A DNA stretch of 64,000 nucleotides from Gammaproteobacteria bacterium (GCA_963662545.2 CAXXLL010000003.1:1824001-1888000), one strand, 5' to 3'. Numbered from the stretch's first letter, positions 52,711 through 62,802 are shown. Notes: generated by a model not told the origin, from the letters alone. Numbers and translations: made by a program.

Positions 52711-52738
52711 TAGTCGCTCGAAACGGGAAATCCTTACA
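52711..52738 (-). promoter_or_regulatory. Putative ECF-sigma promoter TGTAAG-N16-CGACTA
   Basis: Seen on the minus strand 57 nt upstream of the peptide ATG; resembles GTAA..CG-type ECF promoters. Confidence 0.5.
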
Positions 52739-52858
52739 GGCTTTTTCTGAAACGGACGGCATATTCGATCACCCGCGTTTTCGGCGGGGTCGCATCTGGC
52801 GGGAAATATTGGATTGAACGTCTTTAGAATGAAGCATGTCCCACGCGCAGACAATCGT

Positions 52859-53605
52859 CTAAGGCCGAAACGGCAGGAACTTCTTCTCGATGTCCGTGAG
52901 GACGGTGTCGGCCCATTCGAAACGCGATGCGCCGCGCACGATGACGCCTGCTTGCTGGGCTTGAGGCCCGCTTTCCTTCGTGAAAAAAACGGGCGAAGTC
53001 ACGGGATAGTAACCAATATCGCTGAGTTCGTTGAGGGTCAGGATGAAGCCCTTCATGTAGAGCGTGCCGCCGTCATCGCGCGGCATCGAGGTCGAGATCA
53101 GCCGGATTCGGCCATCGTCGGAGCGTACGACGAAATGAAGCACGCCGAGGTTCGGTGGAATCAGGACGTCTCCGCCGAAATGATATTCATAAGCCCTGCC
53201 CGTATCCGCCCGGTTGCGTTGGTTTTCTGAAAACCGCAGCGCGCCGACGTCATCGTCCCAGGTCACGTTTAAGTAACTGGCAATGATGTGATCAGGCGTA
53301 TCGAACGAGCGCCGGTAGCCGGTGTAATTGCCGGCATAGGACTGCACGGCGTCCCTGCGGTAGCCCCCGTAGTCGGCGGGGGCGGCTCTATCGTCTTGCG
53401 GCGGCGCTAGTGGGGCGAGCGTCAGCTTCAGCGCCTGTTCGATCCACTGCAATGTCTGCATGCGCACGGCCTGCCCTCTGCGGAGCCGATCGACTGTCTT
53501 GCGATCGACGCCGGCTCGGCGCGCAACGTCCTGCGAAGATATCCGCGCCTTGGACAGGTAGGCATTCAATTGCCCGGCAACGTGTTCCCAGTCGGGTTTC
53601 GACAT
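52859..53605 (-). CDS. XRE-type HTH regulator with an uncharacterised C-terminal domain
   Basis: SQDVARRAGVDRKTVDRL HTH; beta-rich C-terminal region; divergent from the sortase target. Confidence 0.75.
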   Translation of the reverse strand: MSKPDWEHVAGQLNAYLSKARISSQDVARRAGVDRKTVDRLRRGQAVRMQTLQWIEQALKLTLAPLAPPQDDRAAPADYGGYRRDAVQSYAGNYTGYRRSFDTPDHIIASYLNVTWDDDVGALRFSENQRNRADTGRAYEYHFGGDVLIPPNLGVLHFVVRSDDGRIRLISTSMPRDDGGTLYMKGFILTLNELSDIGYYPVTSPVFFTKESGPQAQQAGVIVRGASRFEWADTVLTDIEKKFLPFRP

Positions 53606-53802
53606 CCGCGAAGCCTTCCGAATCGAGCGTGACAAGTTTACCCCGGTTGTGGACACGGGGGCGGTTGAGGAATTTCGGCCCGCTCCGGTACCGAAATCGG
53701 CCCATTCAATCCCGTGACTTTCCTTCAATTGCCCGGGTCGTGGGCTTTCTGTCCGCATTGCGCGGCTAGGCTCGAACCCATAGAAGTAAACGGAGCAGTC
53801 TC

Positions 53803-55926
53803 ATGAGTGATCGATTCCCAGCCTCGCAGTGCACGTCAAAACAACCCCCGATGGCGTTCTTCGCCTGGACCAAGCTCCTCCTCGTTGCCATGGCCCTGGC
53901 GGGATCAGGCCGCTTATTCGCCAACGAGAACGCACATGCTGAATTCGGCGCGCCGGTCCTGATCGAAGAGGTGGAAAAAGGCAGCCTGCTGCTCAAACCC
54001 GAAGGCGCGGACGAATTCTTTCCGGCGCCGACGGTGGACACGCAGGTACATATGCGGATCACCGGCATGGTGGCGCGCGTCACCGTGGAGCAATCATTCA
54101 GCAATCCGGGATCGGGCTGGGTCAACGGCATCTACGTTTTTCCGCTGCCCGAAACGGCGGCCGTCGACCACATGGTTCTCAAGATCAGCGAACGGGTGAT
54201 CGAAGGGCAGATCAAGAAGCGCGCCGACGCGCGAAAAATTTACGAGCAGGCGAAAGCATCGGGCAAAAAGGCGAGCCTGGTCGAACAGCAACGTCCCAAC
54301 ATCTTCACTAACCGCATCGCGAACATCGGCCCGGGGGAAACCGTGCGCGTGACTATCGAATATCAGCAAACGATCGATTATGACAAAGGCCGATTCTCGA
54401 TCCGATTCCCGATGACCGTCGGCATTCGCTACATACCCGGCACCCGTCGGGTCGGCAGATTCGACGGTGGTGGATGGGCCTTCAACAGTGACGAGGTGCC
54501 CGACGCGAGCCTGATCACACCGCCCGTCACCGATACCGCCGAGGGTCACCCGAATCCCGTTTCCATCACCATCGAACTCAATACGGGCTTCCCCCTGGCG
54601 CACCTGGATAGCGCATACCACCCGATCGTGACCGAGCACCTCGGGCGCAACCGCTATCGAATCGAGCTCACCGATGGGCCCGTCGCGGGCGATCGGGACT
54701 TCGAACTCGCATGGACGCCCGAGCCGCAGTACGCGCCGCGCGCCGCGTTTTTCTCAACTGAGCAGGCGGGCGAAACCTACGGGCTTCTCATGATGATTCC
54801 CCCCGAAACCGAATGGGCAAAACGAACGGTGCTGCCGCGGGAAATGATCTACCTCATCGATACCTCGGGCTCGATGCACGGCACCTCGATCAACCAGGCG
54901 AAAGAGGCTCTGCTGTTGGGTCTCGCGGGCCTCAAACCTGAGGACTCGTTCAACATCGTCCAGTTCAATTCCACCACGACGAAGTTCATGCCCGGAGCGA
55001 TCCCTGCGGATGCGGACAATCTCCGCCGCGCAAAAAACTACGTACGGTCGCTGCGTGCCAACGGCGGTACGGAAATGGCCGCTGCCCTGCGCGCCGTGCT
55101 GGACGGTGGCGATGACGCGTCCCGGGTACGCCAGGTGATCTTCCTCACCGACGGCAGCGTCGGTAACGAACGCAGCCTGTTTACGATCATCGGCAAGAAT
55201 CTCGGCGATTCCCGTTTGTTCACCGTGGGGATCGGCGCGGCTCCAAACAGCTACTTCATGCGCGAAGCGGCCGCCGTCGGGCGCGGATCCTTTACCTACA
55301 TAGGCGACGTAAGAGAGGTCAGGGACAAGATGCGGGCCTTGTTCGAGAAGCTCGAGTATCCCGTTTTATCGAATGTTGAAATCAGCTGGCCGGGCGGTGG
55401 GCAGGCGGACTACTGGCCGAATCCGATCCGGGATCTGTATATCCATGAACCGCTGGTCGTAAGCTTCAAGGTCTCCGGCCGGCCCGCCTCCCTCAAGGTG
55501 AGCGGGAACATGAACGGTTCCGCCTGGTCGTCCGATTTCAAGCTCGAGTCGGGGGGCTCGGACAGCGGACTCGACATTTTATGGGCGCGCAACAAAATAC
55601 AAAGCCTCGAGCGTCAGACGAGCCGGGGTACGCCGCCCGCCGAGATCAAGCAGGCGGTCACCGAACTCGGTCTAAAACACCACATCGTCACTGCGCATAC
55701 CAGCCTCGTCGCCGTCGACGTCACGCCGTCGCGCGATCAAGACACACCGGTCAGTGACGCCGCCGTGCCGTCGAAAAAGCCTAAGGGCTGGGACATGCAG
55801 ACGCCTCGAGCCCGGATCCCGCAGACGGCGACGCCACTGGCGCTACACCTGCTGGTAGCAACCCTGGCGACGATACTTTCTTCGCTCATGTCGTTCGCGA
55901 AGCGCTTCAAGTGGGCGCGGTCATGA
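53803..55926 (+). CDS. Proteobacterial sortase target protein (VIT + vWA, LPXTG-like sorting signal)
   Basis: VIT (YVFPLP, ASLVEQQRPNIF), vWA MIDAS DTSGSM..T..TDG, C-terminal IPQTA plus hydrophobic helix plus KRFKWARS. Confidence 0.9.
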   Translation: MSDRFPASQCTSKQPPMAFFAWTKLLLVAMALAGSGRLFANENAHAEFGAPVLIEEVEKGSLLLKPEGADEFFPAPTVDTQVHMRITGMVARVTVEQSFSNPGSGWVNGIYVFPLPETAAVDHMVLKISERVIEGQIKKRADARKIYEQAKASGKKASLVEQQRPNIFTNRIANIGPGETVRVTIEYQQTIDYDKGRFSIRFPMTVGIRYIPGTRRVGRFDGGGWAFNSDEVPDASLITPPVTDTAEGHPNPVSITIELNTGFPLAHLDSAYHPIVTEHLGRNRYRIELTDGPVAGDRDFELAWTPEPQYAPRAAFFSTEQAGETYGLLMMIPPETEWAKRTVLPREMIYLIDTSGSMHGTSINQAKEALLLGLAGLKPEDSFNIVQFNSTTTKFMPGAIPADADNLRRAKNYVRSLRANGGTEMAAALRAVLDGGDDASRVRQVIFLTDGSVGNERSLFTIIGKNLGDSRLFTVGIGAAPNSYFMREAAAVGRGSFTYIGDVREVRDKMRALFEKLEYPVLSNVEISWPGGGQADYWPNPIRDLYIHEPLVVSFKVSGRPASLKVSGNMNGSAWSSDFKLESGGSDSGLDILWARNKIQSLERQTSRGTPPAEIKQAVTELGLKHHIVTAHTSLVAVDVTPSRDQDTPVSDAAVPSKKPKGWDMQTPRARIPQTATPLALHLLVATLATILSSLMSFAKRFKWARS

Positions 55927-56507
55927 TCGAGCGCGCTAAGAGATGGGGTGGGTGCCGCATCGCCGGCGCCCTGCTCGGGATCTTTGCACTGTGGAACGTA
56001 AGTGCGGCGGCCTACATCGCCGCCAAAGCGGAACTCGCCCAGTTCCTGCTGGATCAGGCCTGGCAGCAAACCGTCGAAGGCGGGAACAGAATTCGCCCGT
56101 GGGACTGGGCTGACACCTGGCCGGTTGCGCGGCTCGTGTTGCCGGCTAGCGGAGAGAAAGCGATCATCCTCGAAGGCGCCTCGGGCAGAAATCTCGCATT
56201 CGGACCAGGGCACTTGAGCGCGACGCCCTTGCCGGGCGAATCGGGCAACAGCGTGATCGTCGGCCATCGCGATACACATTTCGCGATGCTCGAGGGCGTT
56301 CTACGCGGCGACAACATCGTGATGGAACTCCGCGACCGGCGGCTCGTATACCGCGTCGAAGACATCGGCATCGTCCACGAAACGAATGTCGCGGTGCTTG
56401 GAGACGCCGGCACCGAGGCGTTGACGCTCATCACCTGTTATCCCTTCGATGCGCTCGACCCGGGCGGGGATCAGCGCTACGTGATCAGGGCCGAGCTGCA
56501 ACAATAA
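55923..56507 (+). CDS. Proteobacterial (class GN) sortase
   Basis: AKAELAQFLL, PWDWADTWPVARL, LAFGPGH, GHRDTHF, TLITCYPF, QRY; ATGA overlap with the target gene. Confidence 0.92.
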   Translation: MIERAKRWGGCRIAGALLGIFALWNVSAAAYIAAKAELAQFLLDQAWQQTVEGGNRIRPWDWADTWPVARLVLPASGEKAIILEGASGRNLAFGPGHLSATPLPGESGNSVIVGHRDTHFAMLEGVLRGDNIVMELRDRRLVYRVEDIGIVHETNVAVLGDAGTEALTLITCYPFDALDPGGDQRYVIRAELQQ

Positions 56508-56664
56508 TTCGATGTGCCCGGCGCGACCGTGGGTTCCGCGCGAAATCGAAGGACGCGTTTTAGTACTATCAGGGCCGCGATCGCGCTCCTTTCAAAGCGC
56601 CCTTTCACCGCTATCGCGAATTTTCTAAGCCATACCTCGAAAATCGAACACACGGAATCGCAAC

Positions 56665-58452
56665 GTGGACGCCCACTTCGTCAACGTCATTGCCCTCATC
56701 GCCTGCGTCGGTCTGCTCGTTCAATGGGCCGCCTGGCGTTTCCGCATTCCGGCCATCGTTTTGCTGACGATCGCAGGCTTCGTCGTCGGATCGGCCACCG
56801 GTCTGGTCGATCCGAGCCGCGATTTCGGCGTGCTGCTGGAACCTTTCGTTCAACTCGCCGTTGCGGTGATCCTGTTCGAAGGCGGCCTTAATCTTCGCTT
56901 TCACGAGTTGCGCCAGGCGGGTGGCGGCGTCCGGCGGTTGATCAGCACGGGCCTGATCCTGAGCTTTGGTTTGGGCGCCCTGGCGGCGCACTACATCGGG
57001 CAATTGTCCTGGCCGGTTGCGATCGAATTCGGGGCCATCATCGTGGTGACCGGCCCGACGGTGATCCTGCCCCTGCTGCGTCAGGCACGTTTGCGCGCGC
57101 GCACGGCATCATTGCTGAAGTGGGAAGGCATCGTCAACGATCCGGTGGGGGCGCTTCTGGCCGTCGTGGTGTTCGAATATTTCGTGCTGGGCGGCGGTAA
57201 CAGTGCGGGTTACGAATTGGCCGCGGTGGTGATCCTGACGGTCGTCTTTGCCGGTGCCTTAGGTTGGTACACCGGGCAGATGCTTGGGGCGGCATACCGG
57301 CGCGGCCTGGTCCCGGAATACCTCAAGGGACCAGGCATGCTCGCCGCCGTGCTCGGGTCGTATGCCCTCGGTAACCTCATGCTGGAGGAAGCGGGTCTGT
57401 TAACGGTCACCGCGCTCGGCATCGCGCTCGGCATCGCCAATCTTCCGAGCATCGATGAACTGCGGCGGTTCAAGGAATACATGACCATAGCCCTGGTGTC
57501 GGGCTTGTTTATCGTACTGACGGCGGATCTCGATCCGGCACTGCTCGCGGAACTCGATTGGCGCGGCGCCGCGCTCATCGCGGCGCTCATATTCGCGGTA
57601 CGTCCCCTGGCGGTGTTTCTCGCGACCATCAGGACGGATTTGGATTGGCAAGAACGCATTTTGCTGGGCTGGGTCGCACCGCGTGGTATCGCCGCCGCCG
57701 CCGTCGCCGCCACGTTCTCGACCCGCATGTTCGAAGCCGGCTACGCGGATGCGAGCAAGCTGCTGCCGCTGGTATTCGCACTCATCGTGACAACGGTTGT
57801 ACTACACGGTTTCTCGATAGGATGGCTCGCGCGGCATCTCAATCTTGCATCGCGGCGCTCGGATGGCTTGATTATCGTCGGGGCTTCGCCATGGTCCATC
57901 GACCTTGCCGGTAAGCTGATCGAAATCGAAGTCCCGGCCCTCGTCGTCGACGCGTCGTGGCACCGCTTGAGGCCCGCTCGCCTGGCCGGAGTCAACAATC
58001 ATTTCGGACAGATCGTCTCGGAGTCAGCTGACGAGATCCTCGATATCTCGTCGATGGGATACGTTCTGGCCGCAACCGACAACGACGCTTACAACGCGCT
58101 CGTATGCACGCGGTTCTCCAGCGAATTCAATCGCAACGCGGTTTTTCAAATCCCCATGCCGACCGCTGATGAAGACGAAAAAAAGGGGATAACGGCAACC
58201 TTGCGGGGACAACGCGCATTCTCTGATAACGCGCTTTACGAAGATCTATTGCAGCGCTACTTTGAAGGATCGCGGTTTCAAAAAACTAAATTGACCGATG
58301 AGTATACGTTCGAGATGTACCTTGAGAAGAATGACGGCAGACTGTTCGCCACGCTCGTCGTACGGGAATCCGAGGGTCTCCAGTTCGATCTTGACCGCTA
58401 CAAACCGTCTGCCGGCGATACGGTGATTAATTTCCTGCCGCAGACCGAATGA
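56665..58452 (+). CDS. CPA1-family cation/H+ antiporter with C-terminal TrkA-N-like domain
   Basis: ILFEGG, VTGPTVI, WEGIVNDP, APRGI, many TM segments. Confidence 0.88.
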   Translation: MDAHFVNVIALIACVGLLVQWAAWRFRIPAIVLLTIAGFVVGSATGLVDPSRDFGVLLEPFVQLAVAVILFEGGLNLRFHELRQAGGGVRRLISTGLILSFGLGALAAHYIGQLSWPVAIEFGAIIVVTGPTVILPLLRQARLRARTASLLKWEGIVNDPVGALLAVVVFEYFVLGGGNSAGYELAAVVILTVVFAGALGWYTGQMLGAAYRRGLVPEYLKGPGMLAAVLGSYALGNLMLEEAGLLTVTALGIALGIANLPSIDELRRFKEYMTIALVSGLFIVLTADLDPALLAELDWRGAALIAALIFAVRPLAVFLATIRTDLDWQERILLGWVAPRGIAAAAVAATFSTRMFEAGYADASKLLPLVFALIVTTVVLHGFSIGWLARHLNLASRRSDGLIIVGASPWSIDLAGKLIEIEVPALVVDASWHRLRPARLAGVNNHFGQIVSESADEILDISSMGYVLAATDNDAYNALVCTRFSSEFNRNAVFQIPMPTADEDEKKGITATLRGQRAFSDNALYEDLLQRYFEGSRFQKTKLTDEYTFEMYLEKNDGRLFATLVVRESEGLQFDLDRYKPSAGDTVINFLPQTE

Positions 58453-58528
58453 GCACTGGTTCGCAGTCACGGTCAGGATCTTAAGGATTGAACTGATACG
58501 CAGATGATTTACGGAGCGGCGAAATAAA

Positions 58529-58609
58529 ACCATGGAGAACACGAAGGGAGGAAAAAAATGACTGTTTACATGCCATATTTTTGATGTTTCGCTTGGTGTT
58601 CTCTGTGGT
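58529..58609. repeat. AT-rich-loop inverted repeat between convergent genes
   Basis: ACCATGGAGAACACGAAG versus the right-arm reverse complement ACCACAGAGAACACCAAG (15/18). Confidence 0.55.
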
Positions 58610-58698
58610 CCATTGAGATCGTATTTGGGATCTGAGGTTTAAGAACCAATTCATGAACTTACAGTAGACGGGCGGGAAGAAATACCGGCCGGGTCCGG

Positions 58699-60216
58699 TT
58701 ACGGTTTCAGGTCCGCCTCGGTGCACACTTGGTTTCGACCTTTGTCCTTAGCCACATACATTGCCCGATCAGCGCGCTCGAACACCTCCTCGAGGGTATC
58801 GCGCGCGTGGAATTGGGCGATGCCGCAGGACAAGGTTACCGGGACCGGAGTTTCCTTGTAGCGGAACGCGCAGTTTTCGATGTGCGCGCGCAGTTTGTCC
58901 AGCAGCTTGACCGCGTCTCGAGCCGGGGTTTCCGGCAGAATCAGGACGAATTCCTCGCCGCCGTAACGGCACAGAATGTCGCTTTCACGCATCTTCTCAT
59001 TGAGATTGTTGACGACCGTCGTCAGCACCTTGTCGCCGGCCGAATGTCCGTAACGATCATTGATGTCCTTGAACCGATCGAGATCGATGACCGCGAGGCT
59101 CATCGCTCCGCCGTAACGTTTCCAGCGGGCGTACTGTTTGCCCGCGGTTTCCAGATAACCGGAGCGGTTGAGGATCCCGGTTAAAGGATCGATCAATACG
59201 CGCGCATGTTGTTCGGCGAGATTCTCACGCAGGTTTTTTGTTTCTTCTTCGAGGTGTTTGAGCCGGTGAACCATCAGCTCGATAGCGCCATCCGCCTCCG
59301 TCGTGCGCTCTTTCTGCGCGTTGATGAAGTCGTTCAGACCGTCACCAATACTATTGAGCTTCGATTCGATCATCGATTTTACGACCTCGAGGTCCTCTGA
59401 CTCGGAGACGTCTTTCCGAAGGACGCATATGTCCATGCACACGGTTTCGCTCAATTGCACGGCGTCGTTGGAGGCGGCGACATGGAGCTCGCGCGAGCGG
59501 GTCATGACCTGCTCGCAATCCTGCAGACGCTGGGCGGTGGTGCGCAGAAACTCGGCCAGGCCGTCGATTTCCCCCTGTAATTCGGCTCTCAGGTTCTGAA
59601 TCAGTTGGACGAGAGCAGCCACACATGGTTTGAGTTCGGCCGTGTCCGAGGCCTTTAGCAGCGTTCGTTTGAACGCGGTGGCGTCGTCCGCCAGCTGCCC
59701 CGTTATCGGCACACGCTCCATCAGTTCGATCATCATGCCGCGTGCCGTTTCAATTTCATCCGTCGGGTTACGGTGCGAGTCGAGTTCCGACGAAATGGCG
59801 CGCGCTGCTTTTTCGATCTGGGCGATGACCTCAACCGTTCGCTTCTGCTCGATGATCAGTTTCCGGGCGCTGTCAATTTCGCCTTGGATCGATTCCGGTG
59901 CCGCCAGTTGATCGAAAAATTGGAGTAGTGGATCGCAGTCGGTGTTTTCAGGTCCGGTTACGAGCGTATGATCCATCGAGCAGACGGATTCGACGATCTG
60001 ATCGATGAGCTTATTTAAGCGGGTATCGCGTTGGCCGCCGCGCAGCAGGCTGCCGACTTCCTTGAGCTTTTGGTCGAGGTCGGTGTTTTGGCCGTGATAG
60101 GCGAACGACATGCGAAGTATGCCGCGCTGCAACCGGGATATCGTTTCCGAGCTGGCCTGGCGTTTGTGTGGAGCAGCATCCTTAGGCGCTACCTTGTTCA
60201 ATCGATGAGCCGACAT
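58699..60216 (-). CDS. Diguanylate cyclase with helical N-terminal region
   Basis: DPLTGILNR, DLDRFKDINDRYGH, RESD I-site, GGEEF, ADRAMY. Confidence 0.9.
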   Translation of the reverse strand: MSAHRLNKVAPKDAAPHKRQASSETISRLQRGILRMSFAYHGQNTDLDQKLKEVGSLLRGGQRDTRLNKLIDQIVESVCSMDHTLVTGPENTDCDPLLQFFDQLAAPESIQGEIDSARKLIIEQKRTVEVIAQIEKAARAISSELDSHRNPTDEIETARGMMIELMERVPITGQLADDATAFKRTLLKASDTAELKPCVAALVQLIQNLRAELQGEIDGLAEFLRTTAQRLQDCEQVMTRSRELHVAASNDAVQLSETVCMDICVLRKDVSESEDLEVVKSMIESKLNSIGDGLNDFINAQKERTTEADGAIELMVHRLKHLEEETKNLRENLAEQHARVLIDPLTGILNRSGYLETAGKQYARWKRYGGAMSLAVIDLDRFKDINDRYGHSAGDKVLTTVVNNLNEKMRESDILCRYGGEEFVLILPETPARDAVKLLDKLRAHIENCAFRYKETPVPVTLSCGIAQFHARDTLEEVFERADRAMYVAKDKGRNQVCTEADLKP

Positions 60217-60385
60217 GATGATCCTTGGCCGTTTATCTGGTCGTACCGGCGCAATGCCCCGGGCTGCTCCTGCCGCATCGACACGGCGCATAGCCGCCGC
60301 GACCGGCGGGTGGGCGATCGGATCAAAATAATGAGGTTTTGGCCGGGTTGAACGGCCTGACTAACGGCTCTCCGGTGCCGTCGTG

Positions 60386-60427
60386 CTCCTTATCGCCCGT
60401 TCTCCTTATCGCCCGTTCTCCTTATCG
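60386..60427. repeat. 16-bp tandem repeat (about 2.6 copies) spanning the dsbA stop
   Basis: CTCCTTATCGCCCGTT x2 plus CTCCTTATCG. Confidence 0.85.
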
Positions 60428-61026
60428 GCCAGGTAATCAACCAGCTTTAGCAGGTTCTCATAACTTCCGGTCGAGCGGGCGCTGCTGCGATATTTGCCAT
60501 TGATGATAACGGCGGGTACGCCGGTGATGCCGTAGGAGCGGGTTGCGGCAATCGCCTGGCGGGTCTTGGTGTCGACGTCGAAGGAGTTGAAGGCCTGCCG
60601 GAACTCTTCCGCAGGCGTGCCGTGCTCGGCGAAGAATGTCGCGAGCGCGTCCTCGGTATAAAGTTTGCGCTTCTCGAGGTGCAGCGCATCGAACAGGGGT
60701 CTGTGGATTTTGTCCAGTACGCGCAACTGTTCGGCGGCATAGTACGCTCTCGCATGGACTTCCCAGTTTGCCGCGAATACCGCGGGAATACGGACGAATA
60801 CGACGTTATCCGGCTTCGAGGCGAGCCAGTTTTCAATATGCGGCTCGAAGGTATAGCAATGCCGGCAGCCGTACCAGAAAAGCTCGATGACCTCTATTTT
60901 TTCCGCGGTACTGGTCGGCTGCGCGGGCGTGACGAGTTCGTAATGCTGGCCCACGGTAAAAACCGGGGCGGCGGCGGTTACCGTGCAGAAAGTGACCAGC
61001 ACAGCGGTAAGAAGGGACTTGAACAT
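60406..61026 (-). CDS. dsbA: Thiol:disulfide oxidoreductase DsbA
   Basis: Signal peptide, ELFWYGCRHCY, GVPAVIINGKY. Confidence 0.92.
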   Translation of the reverse strand: MFKSLLTAVLVTFCTVTAAAPVFTVGQHYELVTPAQPTSTAEKIEVIELFWYGCRHCYTFEPHIENWLASKPDNVVFVRIPAVFAANWEVHARAYYAAEQLRVLDKIHRPLFDALHLEKRKLYTEDALATFFAEHGTPAEEFRQAFNSFDVDTKTRQAIAATRSYGITGVPAVIINGKYRSSARSTGSYENLLKLVDYLADKENGR

Positions 61027-61141
61027 GATGAGCTTGAACCGATTGAGTTACTGTTCTAGGCCGCAAAGTGTGAATAAGGTTCCGTCGGAGAATGTGATGA
61101 ATTACGGACAAATTCGAAACGTTCACCGGCCGTGCGGCCGG

Positions 61142-61741
61142 TCAATACAAGCCCGAAATGTATTGTGCGACCTGCTCCATGTCCGCATCGGACAGCTTGG
61201 CAGCGATCATGCGCATCATTCTCTGCGGGTCGGTCGACCGTGAACCGTCCCGGTAGGCCTTGAGCTGAAGGACCGTGTATTCAGCATGTTGTCCGCGCAA
61301 TGCGGGATATCTGGCGGCGGCAATACCGGCGCCGCTCGGACCGTGACAGGCCATACAGGCCGGTATGCTTCGCTCGGCGTTTCCGCCCCGATAAAGCTGC
61401 TGACCGGCAGCAATTTTCCCGGCCTCGACGGGTTGGATGCGCAAGGTTTGAGCCGCATAGTAGGCGGAGATCTCCAGCATATCTGATTCCGCGAGTGGGA
61501 CCGCCAGGGGCGCCATTGCCGGATTCTCGCGGCGGCCGGATTTGAACGCCTGAAGCTGTTCGACCATATAGGCCGGATTCTGTCCCGCGAGCTTAGGCCA
61601 CATCGGAATCGTGCTGTTGCCGTCCGCGCCGTGACAAGCACCACACACCTGGGCCTTGGTCTTGCCGTCGGCAGAGGCATTGAATGTGTAAATGGCGGCG
61701 CACAGAAGGCTTAGAACAATGAACATGTTCCTCTGGGGCAT
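61142..61741 (-). CDS. Diheme cytochrome c4
   Basis: Signal peptide, CGACH, PKLAGQ, CMACH, PALRGQH; conserved engB-c4-dsbA synteny. Confidence 0.92.
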   Translation of the reverse strand: MPQRNMFIVLSLLCAAIYTFNASADGKTKAQVCGACHGADGNSTIPMWPKLAGQNPAYMVEQLQAFKSGRRENPAMAPLAVPLAESDMLEISAYYAAQTLRIQPVEAGKIAAGQQLYRGGNAERSIPACMACHGPSGAGIAAARYPALRGQHAEYTVLQLKAYRDGSRSTDPQRMMRMIAAKLSDADMEQVAQYISGLY

Positions 61742-61870
61742 GATGTTGCTCTCGTAATCGGCGATATGGATTTCGATTATATAACGGGATTCGGAACGTA
61801 TTCTGCATCGCGACAGCCGCGGGTCGAGGTAATATTAGAAACTATCTCAATGGCTAGGAGCAGTAGGTAA

Positions 61871-62494
61871 GTGCAGGCTTCGACCGCGCAGGCGGCCCGA
61901 AAGTTACTCAGCGGAGCCCGATTCGTATTGAGCGTTCCCAACGTCGGCGACATGCCGAATGACAAGGGCATCGAAATCGCATTCGCGGGCCGATCGAATA
62001 CCGGAAAGTCGAGCGCGATCAATGTTCTCTGCGGCCAGCGTGGGTTGGCCCGCACGAGCCGGACGCCCGGACGCACTCAGCACCTGGTGGTCTTCGAACT
62101 CGACGGCCCGCGCCGTCTCGTAGACCTGCCGGGGTTTGGTTATGCAAAAGTATCCAAGCGCATTCGGGCGCACTGGGATCGGGCGCTACCGGAATACCTC
62201 GAGACACGGCGCTCCCTGGCGGGACTCATGATGGTCATGGACGTGCGGCATCCGCTCAAGCCCCAAGAGGTGATGCTCGTCGACTGGTGCGCGAAAGCGA
62301 ACGTCCCCCTGCACGTTCTACTCAACAAGTGCGACAAGTTGAACAAGGGGCAGGCGCACAACGCCCTACTCAAGGTTTCACGCTATCTCGAAGGCATCGG
62401 CGGCGACGCTACGGTACAGCTTTTCTCCGCGCTCAAGAGCACCGGCATCGAGCAAGCCCACGAAGCGGCAGGACGCTGGCTGGATGTGGCCTAA
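61871..62494 (+). CDS. engB: Ribosome biogenesis GTPase YihA/YsxC
   Basis: GRSNTGKSS, TPGRT, DLPGFG, NKCDK, FSA. Confidence 0.94.
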   Translation: MQASTAQAARKLLSGARFVLSVPNVGDMPNDKGIEIAFAGRSNTGKSSAINVLCGQRGLARTSRTPGRTQHLVVFELDGPRRLVDLPGFGYAKVSKRIRAHWDRALPEYLETRRSLAGLMMVMDVRHPLKPQEVMLVDWCAKANVPLHVLLNKCDKLNKGQAHNALLKVSRYLEGIGGDATVQLFSALKSTGIEQAHEAAGRWLDVA

Positions 62495-62750
62495 GGAACT
62501 TCTGTTCATGCAATGGTGCAGATCAAGGCATGAATCGCCGGCCATAGCGGCGACTATGGGCAAGGTTCGTAAGGTAAGGCTCCGCGATTTCATGGGCAAG
62601 GCAGATGGGCCATGACTCATTACAGAGGTTCCCTAAGCCGGAGCGGGGCAACCGGGGGTGGCCACGAAGAACAACGTTTTCTCAACGTACCTGACGGTTT
62701 GGTGAGAGTAATAATCGTCCGCGGATGCCCACAAATTGCGTCGAGATGAC

Positions 62751-62802
62751 AAAAAAAAGGGCCCCGGTGCAAGTGGTAAGGGGGATTTACAGTACCGGGG
62801 CC
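62751..62802 (-). terminator. Intrinsic terminator of the sRNA candidate
   Basis: GGCCCCGGTAC...GCACCGGGGCC stem followed by T8 on the minus strand. Confidence 0.8.

Noticed and set aside
49664-58452. tRNA-Arg-anchored genomic island
   Set aside because: No integrase and no duplicated tRNA 3' end spotted; the genes are accessory-like, but mobility is unsupported.
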